Positions 11,844 to 22,342 of a stretch of 64,000 bases of DNA are shown in pieces. The notes below the pieces were generated by a model. That model worked only from the letters and a program-made list of their open reading frames with translations, did not search any database and was not told the DNA's origin. Source of the DNA: Bacteroidota bacterium (lineage in GTDB: Bacteria > Bacteroidota > Bacteroidia > NS11-12g > UBA955); assembly GCA_947451105.1 (NCBI GenBank), contig CANFXY010000001.1:280-64279 (forward strand), in the 5' to 3' direction. Each line of letters begins with the position of its first letter. Position 1 is the stretch's first letter. The position numbers and the translations under genes were made by a program.

Positions 11844-12859
11844 TGAAAAAGGATAATTTATATGTAGATTGTTCTGTTGGTGGTAGTGGGGACTTATGGA
11901 TGCGTTTGGTTGGGTTTTATTCAATGGCCATACTTAAGCCCAATTTAGAAATATATTTATTTGTAAAATTGTCTTTTAGGCCTTTTATGAAAAAAATATT
12001 TGGCGACAGACTTCATTTTGTTGATTCAAAGCCTAAACAAATGAAACTGACCTACACAGGCATTGGACTTAAAGATTTAATACCTTTAATACTCAAAGGG
12101 GAACGCTTTATTGCCCCTTTTCAAAGAATTGTAGTTGCAGAGAGAAAGCAAAAGTCGTTTAAAGACCCTATAAATTTGTTGTTATTTGGTGTTATGGATA
12201 AATTGGGGTTAATACATGTACCACCAACTAAAGTAATGTCTTCATATCATGGGTATTTGGAAACGGCAGGGATTAAAAAGTTAAGGGATGTTGCATATGA
12301 AACATTCAAAAATCAAGTTAATGAAGATTATCCAATACTTTATGAAAAACTCAATCAAGATTTACCGCTTTCTCCAGAGCTAATCATACCCGATGATATT
12401 GGTGAGAATATTGTGTTTTTTGCCAATGGAAATAGTCGACAATTTGCACCTTTATGGTGGGCTCAAAAACATTTTCCAATTGCATACTATGCATTTTTTC
12501 ACGAGGAAGAAGATTTGAAAATTTTCCGTGATGCTGGGATGAAGGTAATCCCATTTTACAAGGAAATTGGTGACATGGTGGAAATTTCTAAGCGTGCAAA
12601 ATGGACAGTTTGCACGGATAGTTTTTCTTCTCATGTTTTACAATCTTCAAATAAAAATTGTACAGTTTTAATTACTGAGGTGGTTCCTGAACGCGTAGTT
12701 TCTCCAGCTTTTAAAGGACCTGTAGTCGATAACGAGGTTGCATGTCATCCATGTGTTCACTCATGGAGGGTTATACCTTGCGAGGCCGGATTGTTTGAAT
12801 GTTTAAATTGGAAGAACAATCGATATACAGAAAATATTAAAAAATCTATTCCTCAATAA
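11843..12859 (+). CDS. Glycosyltransferase family 9-like (heptosyl/Kdo-transferase fold, GT-B)
   Basis: 338 aa. C-terminal TVCTDSFSSHVLQSSNKNCTVLI matches the GT9 ..itnDSGpmHlAaa..ptvalf region. N-terminal VDCSVGGSGDLWMRLVGF resembles the GT9 LGD motif. Confidence 0.55.
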   Translation: MKKDNLYVDCSVGGSGDLWMRLVGFYSMAILKPNLEIYLFVKLSFRPFMKKIFGDRLHFVDSKPKQMKLTYTGIGLKDLIPLILKGERFIAPFQRIVVAERKQKSFKDPINLLLFGVMDKLGLIHVPPTKVMSSYHGYLETAGIKKLRDVAYETFKNQVNEDYPILYEKLNQDLPLSPELIIPDDIGENIVFFANGNSRQFAPLWWAQKHFPIAYYAFFHEEEDLKIFRDAGMKVIPFYKEIGDMVEISKRAKWTVCTDSFSSHVLQSSNKNCTVLITEVVPERVVSPAFKGPVVDNEVACHPCVHSWRVIPCEAGLFECLNWKNNRYTENIKKSIPQ

Positions 12860-12883
12860 AATTTAATTATTTCAAGTAAAGTC

Positions 12884-14008
12884 ATGAAAATTGTTTTCGT
12901 TTGTGGAAGTGTAGAAAGAGGTTGTGATGGTGTTGGGGATTATACACGACGATTGGCGCATTCTTTATTGTATGACAGACACGAGATTTTTATTATAGCA
13001 ATGCGCGATTCTTATGTCAATGAGCAGCAAAGGGAAATAATCGAATCTGAAATTGGGAAAATTAAAATATTAAGATTACCCAAAAGCATCAGTCTGAAAG
13101 AAAGTTCTTTAATAATTAAAAAAGAAATTAATGAAATAAACCCTGATTGGGTGAGTCTTCAATTTGTAATTTTTTCTTTTCACAACAAAGGACTTCCCTT
13201 TGGAATTGGACCTCTTTTGGGGAATTCCTTTAATGGCCATAATGTTCAAATTATGTTTCATGAATTATGGCTTGGAATAGGCAAATTCGAAAATATTAAG
13301 TACACAATTTGGGGTTTTTTTCAAAAAAGAATTATTTTATCTCTACTAAGTAATATAAAACCTAGATTAATTCATTCCAATTCAAGTTGGTATGCTAACC
13401 AACTCCGAAAAATCACAAAGTATGTAAGTGTATTGCCGCTTTTTTCAAATATTCCTCTAGTTTCTGAATATGCTAATAAAACCAAAGAAATAAATTTTTC
13501 GAAAATTAAATCGTTAAATTTTGTCTTATTTGGACATATTAGTTTACACGCGCCGGTTGAAGATTTTGTAAACGAACTATCTCTAATTTCAAAGTGCCAT
13601 CATAAGGATGTTGTCATTACTTTTTTGGGAAATAATAATTCTGATTTACAACGCTGGACTTCAGTTTGGAGTTCAACTTTCAAAGTAAATATTATGGGTC
13701 ATCAATCAGAAAGTAACATCTCAAAATATCTATCACAAGCTGACATTGGAATTTCTACTACTCCATACGCCCTACTGGATAAAAGTGGGTCATTTTACGC
13801 TTTACTTGACCATGCTCTACCTGTGATAAATGTTTCAGATTTGAATGACTTAAAAAAGGAAAGACTTGATTTTTTAGCTCCTAAAGGCTTGTTTCAATAC
13901 ACAATCGGTAATCTCGAAGAAATATTGATGAATCTAGAATTACCCGAAAAATTGAATCAATTAAACAACACGAGAGATAGGTTTTTAGATGATCTGAAAA
14001 GCAGTTAA
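12884..14008 (+). CDS. Glycosyltransferase (GT-B, GT4-like N-terminal domain)
   Basis: MKIVFVCGSVERGCDGVGDYTRRLAHSL is a typical GT4 N-domain start. 374 aa. Within GT run. Confidence 0.6.
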   Translation: MKIVFVCGSVERGCDGVGDYTRRLAHSLLYDRHEIFIIAMRDSYVNEQQREIIESEIGKIKILRLPKSISLKESSLIIKKEINEINPDWVSLQFVIFSFHNKGLPFGIGPLLGNSFNGHNVQIMFHELWLGIGKFENIKYTIWGFFQKRIILSLLSNIKPRLIHSNSSWYANQLRKITKYVSVLPLFSNIPLVSEYANKTKEINFSKIKSLNFVLFGHISLHAPVEDFVNELSLISKCHHKDVVITFLGNNNSDLQRWTSVWSSTFKVNIMGHQSESNISKYLSQADIGISTTPYALLDKSGSFYALLDHALPVINVSDLNDLKKERLDFLAPKGLFQYTIGNLEEILMNLELPEKLNQLNNTRDRFLDDLKSS

Positions 14009-14010
14009 AA

Positions 14011-15261
14011 ATGAGTAATAAAAGACAACAAATTATAGTTTCTCATCCTACAGGTAATGCCAATGTTAGGGCTGCACTTGACGGATTTTTGCAAAATGAT
14101 TTATTGGGTTCGTTTTTTACTTGCATTGCAACTCAGAATAAATCTTTTTTTAAATTGATATCAAAACTCCCAGGTATGTCAGAATTTAAACGAAGATCTT
14201 TTAATGAAAATCTTTCACCCTATATTCATTCGTATCCATATAATGAACTGCTGAGGTTGTTCTCTATGAAAGCCGGATTGAATCGCTTTGTGCAACATGA
14301 ACATGGCTTGTTTTCAGTAGATTCAATTTATCATGCTTTAGATATAAAAGTTGCAAAAGCAATCAAACAAGGGGATCAATATCGTGCTATTTATGCCTAT
14401 GAAGATGGGGCATTAAATTCATTTACTGAAGCTCGCCAAAATGGAATTAAGTGTTTATACGATTTGCCAATCGGATATTGGAAAGCTGCTAGAATATTAA
14501 TGTCTGAGGAAATTCAAAAAAGACCTGATTGGTCTGCGACCCTTTCTGGATTTAACGATTCAGAAAATAAAACCAATAAAAAGGATCAAGAATTAGCCCT
14601 GGCTGACCATATATATGTAGCAAGTTCCTTTACTGCAACTACTTTAAAACATTACAGTGGAACTTTAAGTAATATTAGCGTTTTAAATTACGGTTTTCCT
14701 GAAGTTTCAGAAATTAAAAATTATAAAAGAATAGAAAATCAGAAATTAAAGTTGTTATTTGTTGGTGGATTATCTCAGCGAAAAGGAATTGCTGATATTT
14801 TCGATGCCGTTAAACCACTAAAAGATTATGTTGATTTGACCATTGTTGGTCGCCTCCCAAATGATGATGTTCCAGTTTTAAAAAAGGCACTTGAAAATTG
14901 TAATTATATTCCTAGTTTAGCACATAGTGAAATTCTTAAATTGATGAAAGAAAATGATGTGTTGTTGTTCCCATCTTTATTTGAAGGTTTTGGTTTAGTT
15001 ATTACAGAGGCAATGTCACAAGGTACCCCAGTAATAACGACTAATAGAACTGTAGGACCAGATATCATTACCCATGGTGAAAACGGTTGGATTATAGAGG
15101 CTGGTAATCATATCGCCTTGAGAGAAATGATTGAGCAACTTATAGAAAAGCCTGAATTGATAGAATTGAATGGTCTTGCAGCCCGTAAATTAGCAGGTTC
15201 AAGACCTTGGAGTTTCTATGGTAATGAATTAGCGAAAAAAGTTATTGAAGTATTGGTTTGA
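14011..15261 (+). CDS. Glycosyltransferase family 4
   Basis: C-terminal GT1/GT4 signature FPSLFEGFGLVITEAMSQGTPVITT with GENGWII. Confidence 0.85.
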   Translation: MSNKRQQIIVSHPTGNANVRAALDGFLQNDLLGSFFTCIATQNKSFFKLISKLPGMSEFKRRSFNENLSPYIHSYPYNELLRLFSMKAGLNRFVQHEHGLFSVDSIYHALDIKVAKAIKQGDQYRAIYAYEDGALNSFTEARQNGIKCLYDLPIGYWKAARILMSEEIQKRPDWSATLSGFNDSENKTNKKDQELALADHIYVASSFTATTLKHYSGTLSNISVLNYGFPEVSEIKNYKRIENQKLKLLFVGGLSQRKGIADIFDAVKPLKDYVDLTIVGRLPNDDVPVLKKALENCNYIPSLAHSEILKLMKENDVLLFPSLFEGFGLVITEAMSQGTPVITTNRTVGPDIITHGENGWIIEAGNHIALREMIEQLIEKPELIELNGLAARKLAGSRPWSFYGNELAKKVIEVLV

Positions 15262-16592
15262 CAAGTGCAAAATTAAATATCGCAAATTCAAGTGAATTAA
15301 ATAATGTAGGAATAAATTTAATCAAGAAATTGGTATGGTTGTATTTTTTCTTGCTGATTTTTGAAGGCGCATTAAGAAAATGGATATTACCTGGTCTAGC
15401 AGCTCCATTGTTAATTATTCGAGATCCTGTTGCTCTTTTGGCGATATTAACTGCCTATAAATATAAATTATTGAAGTTTAATTTTTATTTGAATGCCATG
15501 GTTGTTTTAACACTAATTTCATTTATGGCTACAATGGCCTTTGGCCATGGCAACTTTTATGTCGCAATTTATGGTGCTAGAATTATATTATTGCACATTA
15601 CTTTTATGTTTATAATGGGGCAGGTGATTAATCATGATGATGTTGTAAAAATAGGAAAAGCTATTTTAATCATATCCATTCCTATGGTTTTTCTAACTGC
15701 GATGCAGTTTTACAGTCCTCAAACGGCACTCGTTAACAGAGGAATTGGCGGTAGTGCAGAGGGTGGTGGCTTCAGTGGCGGTGCTCAAGGTTTTTTTAGA
15801 CCCCCAGGTACATTTTCATTTACAGTTGGGAATGTTATGTTTTTTAGTGTGGTTTCGATTTTTGTATTGTATTTTCTTTTCAATCTAAAAAAAATAAATA
15901 AATTTATAATTTTTGGAGCTTCATTTGCATTGATTGCAGCAGTTCCATTATCAATAAGCCGTGGACTGCTATTCCAAGTTCTAATCGGCTTGATTTTTGT
16001 TGGAATTTCTATCTCAGGTGATGCTAAAAATTTTGGTAAATTACTAACCATTCTCTTTTCAGGACTTATAGTAATAGTGATACTTAAAGATACATCTTTT
16101 TTCCAAACTGCAACATCCGCTTTTACGGAAAGATTAGAAACCGCTAATGAATCGGAGGGTGGCATGGAAAGTATGTTTTTAGATAGATTTTTAGGCGGAC
16201 TTTTAGGGGCGCTAACTAATTCTAGCGAACTTCCACTTTGGGGTTTTGGGCTTGGATTGGGCACCAATGTTGGAGCTCAGCTCTTGTACGGCAATTCCAT
16301 GTTTTTAATTGCTGAGGGTGATTGGGGTCGAACAATTGGAGAAATGGGGCCTCTTTTGGGGATACTAATTATTTTCATAAGGAGTTCTTTTGTGTTTTCA
16401 CTTTTCTTTAAGTCCTACTCAAAAATTAAAGACGGTGACGTATTGCCTTGGCTGCTAATGAGCTTCGGTTTTCTGCTTTTACTTCAAGGTCAATTGGCCC
16501 AGCCAACTTCACTTGGTTTTTTTGTTTTAGTAGGTGGCTTGGTTCTAGGTAGTTTCAAAAATAATAGACCTCTTCAAAACAATACAAATTAA
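15258..16592 (+). CDS. wzy: Wzy-type polysaccharide polymerase / O-antigen ligase-family membrane protein
   Basis: 444 aa, ~10-12 TM helices, with a large loop (GGSAEGGGFSGGAQGFFRPPGTFS) between helices as in Wzy/WaaL. ATGA overlap with the upstream GT. Confidence 0.65.
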   Translation: MTSAKLNIANSSELNNVGINLIKKLVWLYFFLLIFEGALRKWILPGLAAPLLIIRDPVALLAILTAYKYKLLKFNFYLNAMVVLTLISFMATMAFGHGNFYVAIYGARIILLHITFMFIMGQVINHDDVVKIGKAILIISIPMVFLTAMQFYSPQTALVNRGIGGSAEGGGFSGGAQGFFRPPGTFSFTVGNVMFFSVVSIFVLYFLFNLKKINKFIIFGASFALIAAVPLSISRGLLFQVLIGLIFVGISISGDAKNFGKLLTILFSGLIVIVILKDTSFFQTATSAFTERLETANESEGGMESMFLDRFLGGLLGALTNSSELPLWGFGLGLGTNVGAQLLYGNSMFLIAEGDWGRTIGEMGPLLGILIIFIRSSFVFSLFFKSYSKIKDGDVLPWLLMSFGFLLLLQGQLAQPTSLGFFVLVGGLVLGSFKNNRPLQNNTN

Positions 16593-17753
16593 ATGAATAG
16601 AAAAACAACCCAAATTATTCTAATTGGGAATTATTTACCTGATAGACTAGAAAGTATGATTCGGTTTTCTAGTATGTTAAATAAAAATCTTAAGAGTAAG
16701 AATCTTAATGTTAAAGAATTGCTCCCTAAGGTTGTTTTTGGAAGATTTGTCAGTAAAACCCATATGGGTATTGGGAAATGGATAGCATACATAGATAAAT
16801 TTATACTCTTCCCAATTGTTTTAATAATCTATTCGCTAAAATTTAAATTTTCATCAAAAAAATATGTATTTCACATATGCGACCATTCAAATGCGATGTA
16901 TGCATTTTTTTTACCTAAAAGTGCGGTGATGATTACATGTCACGATGTACTCGCAATAAGGGGTTCAATGGGTTTTACTGATTCATATTGTGAATCAAGT
17001 CCAACTGGGAAAATACTACAAAAATGGATATTATATTCTCTTAAGAAAATTCGTAAAATCGCTTTTGTTTCAAAATTTACACTAGGACAATTTAAAGAGA
17101 TATATCCAAATGCCCCGTTAAAATATGATTATAGATTAATTTATTGTTCTTTTAGTTCTAATTTTTACCATTTAGATTTAGAGTTAGCTTATGAAGAACT
17201 TAAAGATTATCCGGTTTTAATTAATACACCTTTTGTTTTGCATGTTGGAAATGGTCACAAAAGGAAAAACCGTAAATTATTAATTGAATTTCTTATTAAA
17301 GTTAAAGATTCTTGGAATGGAAATATATGTTTTGTTGGTGAAGATTTGGATTCAGACAGTTTAGCTTTGGTCAATCAGTACCAATTAAGTTCAAGGATAA
17401 TAGTTTTTAATAGTGTAAATAATCACAGGCTGCTTGCCTTGTATAGGCTTTGCAATGTTTTTATGTTTCCTTCGTTTTCAGAAGGTTTCGGAATGCCTGC
17501 ACTTGAAGCACAGGCTTGCGGTACTCCGCTTATAACAAGTTGTATTGAGCCTATGCCTGAGATTTCAGGACCAAATTCTATATTTGCGAATCCAAACAAC
17601 CCTAATGATTTTGTCGATGCATTTATGTATCTGCAAGATGAAAACAATAGGAAAAAAAATATTGAATTTGGATTTGAAAATATTAAGCGATTTGAACTCG
17701 ACAAAGTAATAAATAGTTATATAGAATTTTATTTTTCTAATTCAAATGTGTAA
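16593..17753 (+). CDS. Glycosyltransferase family 4
   Basis: FPSFSEGFGMPALEAQACGTPLITS signature. Start abuts the wzy stop. Confidence 0.85.
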   Translation: MNRKTTQIILIGNYLPDRLESMIRFSSMLNKNLKSKNLNVKELLPKVVFGRFVSKTHMGIGKWIAYIDKFILFPIVLIIYSLKFKFSSKKYVFHICDHSNAMYAFFLPKSAVMITCHDVLAIRGSMGFTDSYCESSPTGKILQKWILYSLKKIRKIAFVSKFTLGQFKEIYPNAPLKYDYRLIYCSFSSNFYHLDLELAYEELKDYPVLINTPFVLHVGNGHKRKNRKLLIEFLIKVKDSWNGNICFVGEDLDSDSLALVNQYQLSSRIIVFNSVNNHRLLALYRLCNVFMFPSFSEGFGMPALEAQACGTPLITSCIEPMPEISGPNSIFANPNNPNDFVDAFMYLQDENNRKKNIEFGFENIKRFELDKVINSYIEFYFSNSNV

Positions 17754-17867
17754 AATGATGAAAGAGCTAAGAATATCATTCGCTAGTATTCCAGTATTTT
17801 ACTTTGTTGGGATTTTTGCTTTAAAGACGACTTGTTTTATGAATATAAATTTTTTAATAGTTTTATT

Positions 17868-19724
17868 ATGTGCGGTATAGTTGGATTAATTGGCTTTAAT
17901 AAAGAAATTGCCAATCCTAAAATTCAAGCAATGAATCAGTTTATTGAGCATCGTGGGCCAGATGCTGAAGGCTTTTTTATTGAAGATGGGATTGCTTTGG
18001 GTCATAGAAGATTATCTATAATTGATCTTGCTCATGCAGCAAATCAACCCATGTTTGATCAAGAAAATCGACATGTTATAATTTTTAATGGTGAAATATA
18101 TAATTATAAAGAAATTCAAAGTCAATTAGATTATCCTTGGAAAACAAACTCAGACACTGAAGTAATCTTGGCTGCCTATAAAAAATGGGGAAAAGATTGT
18201 CTTTCTAAATTTAATGGAATGTTTGCATTTGCTATATGGGATAAAGTCGATAAAACGCTTTTCATGGCAAGAGATCGAATTGGAATTAAACCATTATACT
18301 ATGTATTTAAAGATGGCAAATTTGCTTTTTCATCAGAAATGCGAAGTTTATTACAATCAGAATTAATTGATAAACAAATCGACAGAGATGGTTTGTGCGA
18401 ATATTTGTCAAGAATTGCGGTCAAAACACCAAGAACTATTTTGAAAGATCTTTATCAACTATTGCCTGGGCATTATGCAATTTTTGAGGCAAATGAATTT
18501 CAATCTTTTGAATATTGGAATATAGTTCAGGAAATAGATGTAAAAAATCAACCTAAAACGATTGAAGAAGCAAGATCAAAGACAAAAGTTTTATTCGAAC
18601 AATCAATACGTCGACGCATGGTGGCAGATGTCAAAGTTGGTGCTTTTCTCTCTGGTGGTATCGATTCTTCGGCTGCAGTTGCCTGCATGTCCATGCAAAG
18701 TGAATCACCAATTTCAACTTTTTCTATTGTTTTTGATGAAAAAGAATTTGATGAATCAGTTTATGCCAAAATGGTTGCAGAAAAATATAAGACAGATCAT
18801 ACAGAAATCAAATTGCGCCCAAGCATTCTTATAGAAGAGCTGCCAGGTTTCTTCTCTGATATGGATTCTCCAACCGTTGATGGCATTAACACGTACATCG
18901 TTTCTAAATTGGTCAAAAAAACCGGTATAAAAGTGGTTTTGTCAGGACTAGGTGGTGACGAATTGTTCGCGGGGTACAGTAATTTTAACCGTTGGACTAA
19001 ATACAAAAAATACGGCTGGATTTTGACCAATTCAATGAGCAAAATTTTCGTTTCATTATGTATGAAATTTTTATCAAATAGAGCACTTTCAAAAATTTAT
19101 GATTTGCAGCAGGTCAAGGAAAATGGACTTACTCAATTTTATGGAAATAGCCGACGAATTTTTCTAAAACATGAACTCGAACAATTATTAGATAAACCCA
19201 AGCACATAGAAAATCCTGATTGGATTGATTTAAATAGTAATCTATTAAAGAAATATCCTACACTTAGTCAATACTCGGTAGCCGAAATCAGCAACTATAC
19301 ATTAGATGTTCTACTCAAAGATACAGATCAAATGAGCATGGCATGGGCGCTAGAAATTCGTGAACCTTTTTTTGATTATGAATTGATCGAATACGTTTTA
19401 AGCGTTCAAGATCAATTTAAAATGGAAAAGGGAACACCTAAGGCACTATTAGTTAAAGCACTTGGGGATTTGTTGCCAAATGAAATTGTTTACAGGCCTA
19501 AAAAAGGTTTCTCTTTCCCATGGAACAATTGGTTGAGAAACGAGTTGAAAGATTATTGTCAAGCTTCAATTGAGCGTTTAGAATCTAAGGGTTTGTTTAA
19601 AAAAGACAGTTTGAATAATTACTGGAATCGATTTTTGAATCATGACAAGGCAATTACTTGGACACATGTATGGTCTTTTGTAGTTCTTGAAAAATGGATG
19701 AGTGAAAATGATATAAAAGCGTAA
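17868..19724 (+). CDS. asnB: Asparagine synthetase B-type glutamine amidotransferase (AsnB/WbpS-like)
   Basis: Start set at MCGIVGL (Cys2 is the Ntn nucleophile; the table ORF starts 12 codons earlier). Asn synthase domain with SGGIDSS PP-loop. Located inside the GT cluster. Confidence 0.85.
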   Translation: MCGIVGLIGFNKEIANPKIQAMNQFIEHRGPDAEGFFIEDGIALGHRRLSIIDLAHAANQPMFDQENRHVIIFNGEIYNYKEIQSQLDYPWKTNSDTEVILAAYKKWGKDCLSKFNGMFAFAIWDKVDKTLFMARDRIGIKPLYYVFKDGKFAFSSEMRSLLQSELIDKQIDRDGLCEYLSRIAVKTPRTILKDLYQLLPGHYAIFEANEFQSFEYWNIVQEIDVKNQPKTIEEARSKTKVLFEQSIRRRMVADVKVGAFLSGGIDSSAAVACMSMQSESPISTFSIVFDEKEFDESVYAKMVAEKYKTDHTEIKLRPSILIEELPGFFSDMDSPTVDGINTYIVSKLVKKTGIKVVLSGLGGDELFAGYSNFNRWTKYKKYGWILTNSMSKIFVSLCMKFLSNRALSKIYDLQQVKENGLTQFYGNSRRIFLKHELEQLLDKPKHIENPDWIDLNSNLLKKYPTLSQYSVAEISNYTLDVLLKDTDQMSMAWALEIREPFFDYELIEYVLSVQDQFKMEKGTPKALLVKALGDLLPNEIVYRPKKGFSFPWNNWLRNELKDYCQASIERLESKGLFKKDSLNNYWNRFLNHDKAITWTHVWSFVVLEKWMSENDIKA

Positions 19725-19725
19725 A

Positions 19726-20913
19726 ATGAAAGTTCTGAGAGTCATAACGAGTATGGATTCATCAAAGGGCGGTCCATGTCAAGGGATTAGAAATTCTATT
19801 CCAGCACTTAGAGAATTTGACGTAGAAACTCATGTTGTTTGTTTGGATGATCCCAACGCTGATTTTTTAGGTAATGATGACTTCACCATTTTTGCTCTCG
19901 GCGCTTCTTCAGGACCCTGGGCTAAAAATACAAAATTGGGAAATTGGTTGCTTCTACATGCAACTGAATACGACGTTATTATAGTACATGGTATATGGCA
20001 GTACCATATATACGCAGTGAGAAAGGCATTAAACCACCTCAAAAAAACAAACTCTACTTTACCTAGATTTTATATAATGCCACATGGGATGCTAGATCCC
20101 TATTTTCAAAAGGCTGAAAGTAGAAAAATTAAAGCATTAAGAAATTTTATATATTGGCATTTAATTGAATATAAATCAATCCGCCAAGCAGATGCGATTT
20201 TGTTTACCTGTGAAGAGGAATTGCGTTTGGCAAGAACCACATTCTCGCGCTATAATCCCAAAAAAGAATTGAATATTGGATATGGAATTCCTTCAGTTGC
20301 GCCATATTCAGATACTATGCAAAAAGCATTTTTGGAAATAAGCGATTTGTCGCCTAATGAAAAATATTTTCTATTTTTAAGCCGCATTCACCCTAAAAAA
20401 GGGGTTGATATTTTAATTGATGTTTACATTGAAATGATCAATTCCAATAAATATCTAGTATCAAATATACCTTCATTAGTCATCGCGGGTCCCGGGATGG
20501 ATAGCAGTTATGGCCGGGAATTGTTGAAAAAAGTTCAAGATAATCAACTTGAGAAAAAAATCATATTTACAGGCATGCTAAGCAATGATTCAAAATGGGG
20601 TGCGTTCTATGGTGCAGAAGCATATGTTTTATGCAGTCACCAAGAAAATTTTGGTATATCTGTAGTTGAATCATTGGCTTGTTCAAAACCAGTTATCATC
20701 TCAAATCAAATCAATATTTGGAGAGAAATTGAATCAGAAAATGCAGGTATAATATGCAATGTAACTAAAGAAGGTTTAAGTTCTGCTTTTGTCAAATGGT
20801 TCGATCTTTCATTTAGACAGAAAGAACTAATGCAAATAAATGCAAAGAATGTATATTTGAAATATTTTCATACGAATTCTACAGCAAAAAAAATGTTTGA
20901 TTCTATAAAATAA
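19726..20913 (+). CDS. Glycosyltransferase family 4
   Basis: HQENFGISVVESLACSKPVIIS signature, 395 aa. Confidence 0.8.
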   Translation: MKVLRVITSMDSSKGGPCQGIRNSIPALREFDVETHVVCLDDPNADFLGNDDFTIFALGASSGPWAKNTKLGNWLLLHATEYDVIIVHGIWQYHIYAVRKALNHLKKTNSTLPRFYIMPHGMLDPYFQKAESRKIKALRNFIYWHLIEYKSIRQADAILFTCEEELRLARTTFSRYNPKKELNIGYGIPSVAPYSDTMQKAFLEISDLSPNEKYFLFLSRIHPKKGVDILIDVYIEMINSNKYLVSNIPSLVIAGPGMDSSYGRELLKKVQDNQLEKKIIFTGMLSNDSKWGAFYGAEAYVLCSHQENFGISVVESLACSKPVIISNQINIWREIESENAGIICNVTKEGLSSAFVKWFDLSFRQKELMQINAKNVYLKYFHTNSTAKKMFDSIK

Positions 20914-20914
20914 T

Positions 20915-21469
20915 ATGGCTGCACACAATCAAGATACATTCAATGGACCTTCCTTCTCATTAAGTAATAGAATTGCTCGAGTGGTTTGGAATTTTGCCTA
21001 TCTCATGTTGTTTAGATTTTCGCCAAAACCGATGCATGCTTGGCGGTCTTTTTTATTGAGATTGTTTGGTGCTAAAGTAGGAAAGAAAGTCCATGTTTAT
21101 CCGAAAGTTAGTATATGGGCTCCATGGAATTTAATTTTAAAAGATGGCTGTGGAATCGCAAATGGTGCTATTTTATATGCCCAAGATAAAATTACCATTG
21201 GTGTGAAAACAGTGGTATCTCAAGGAGCCCACATTTGTGCAGGTACCCACGATTACAATACCGAGGGATTTATATTAATAACAAAGCCAATCACAATAGG
21301 CGACCATGTTTGGATTGCAACAGAAGCATTTATACACCCCGGTGTAACAATTGGAGATGGTGCTGTTATAGGTGCTAGAGCAGTGGTTGGTAAGTCTATG
21401 CCCGAATGGATGATTTGCAGTGGCCATCCATGTGTGCCAATTAAATCTAGAAAAGAGTTTCAAATTTAA
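20915..21469 (+). CDS. Left-handed beta-helix (hexapeptide-repeat) O-acetyltransferase, WcaF-like
   Basis: 184 aa. Hexapeptide repeats (IGDHVWIATEAFIHPGVTIGDGAVIGARAVVGKSMPEW), N-terminal region like colanic-acid acetyltransferase WcaF. Confidence 0.8.
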   Translation: MAAHNQDTFNGPSFSLSNRIARVVWNFAYLMLFRFSPKPMHAWRSFLLRLFGAKVGKKVHVYPKVSIWAPWNLILKDGCGIANGAILYAQDKITIGVKTVVSQGAHICAGTHDYNTEGFILITKPITIGDHVWIATEAFIHPGVTIGDGAVIGARAVVGKSMPEWMICSGHPCVPIKSRKEFQI

Positions 21470-21514
21470 TCAGGGATATTTTTCGATAAACATCAAATTT
21501 AGTACATTTAAAAC

Positions 21515-22342
21515 ATGCTTGATATAACCATTGCAATTCCGGTCCTTAACGAAGAAAAAAACCTCCCTGGTTGTTTGGATGCTATAGGAAAAGATTTTGT
21601 TACAAAAATCATTCTCATAGATTCAGGCAGCACAGATAAAACTAAAGATATTGCAAATCAATATGGCATTGAAGTATTGGATTTTAATTGGGATGGAAAA
21701 TTTCCTAAAAAACGCAATTGGTTTTTACGCCAGCACACACCTTCAACCAAGTGGGTTCTTTTTTTAGATGCGGATGAATATTTAACTGTTGAATTCAAAA
21801 ATGAACTCAAAAGAATTCTGAATAGCACTGATTTTAATGGTTTTTGGCTCTCATATACAATTTATTTCATGGGTGAAAAACTAAAAGGAGGTTACCCGCT
21901 TCATAAATTGGCGCTTTTTAAAGTTGGTGCTGGCGAATACGAAAGAATTGATGAAGATCAATGGAGCAAATTAGACATGGAAATCCATGAGCATCCAATA
22001 ATAGAAGGCAAAATAGGAGAGATCAAGAGCAAGATTGATCATCAAGATTTTAGAGGCGCGGAGCATTATGTCCGCAAACATAATGAATATGCTTCATGGG
22101 AAGCCGCACGTTTTTTGAAATCGGTTAACGATCCTACTATTTTTACTCAATGGACTTGGAAACAAAAACTTAAATACCGCTTGATGAAAAGTGTTTGGCT
22201 TGGACCGGCTTTTTTCTTTGGCAGTTTTTTTCTTTTGGGAGGAATAAGAGACGGTAGGAGAGGATTTGCCTTTGCGATTTTCAAAATGTCTTACTTCACA
22301 CTTATTTATTGTAAAATAAAAGAAATGCAAAATCAGAAATGA
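21515..22342 (+). CDS. Glycosyltransferase family 2 (GT-A)
   Basis: IAIPVLNEEKNL...ILIDSGSTDKT and LFLDADE (DxD) motifs. Confidence 0.85.
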   Translation: MLDITIAIPVLNEEKNLPGCLDAIGKDFVTKIILIDSGSTDKTKDIANQYGIEVLDFNWDGKFPKKRNWFLRQHTPSTKWVLFLDADEYLTVEFKNELKRILNSTDFNGFWLSYTIYFMGEKLKGGYPLHKLALFKVGAGEYERIDEDQWSKLDMEIHEHPIIEGKIGEIKSKIDHQDFRGAEHYVRKHNEYASWEAARFLKSVNDPTIFTQWTWKQKLKYRLMKSVWLGPAFFFGSFFLLGGIRDGRRGFAFAIFKMSYFTLIYCKIKEMQNQK

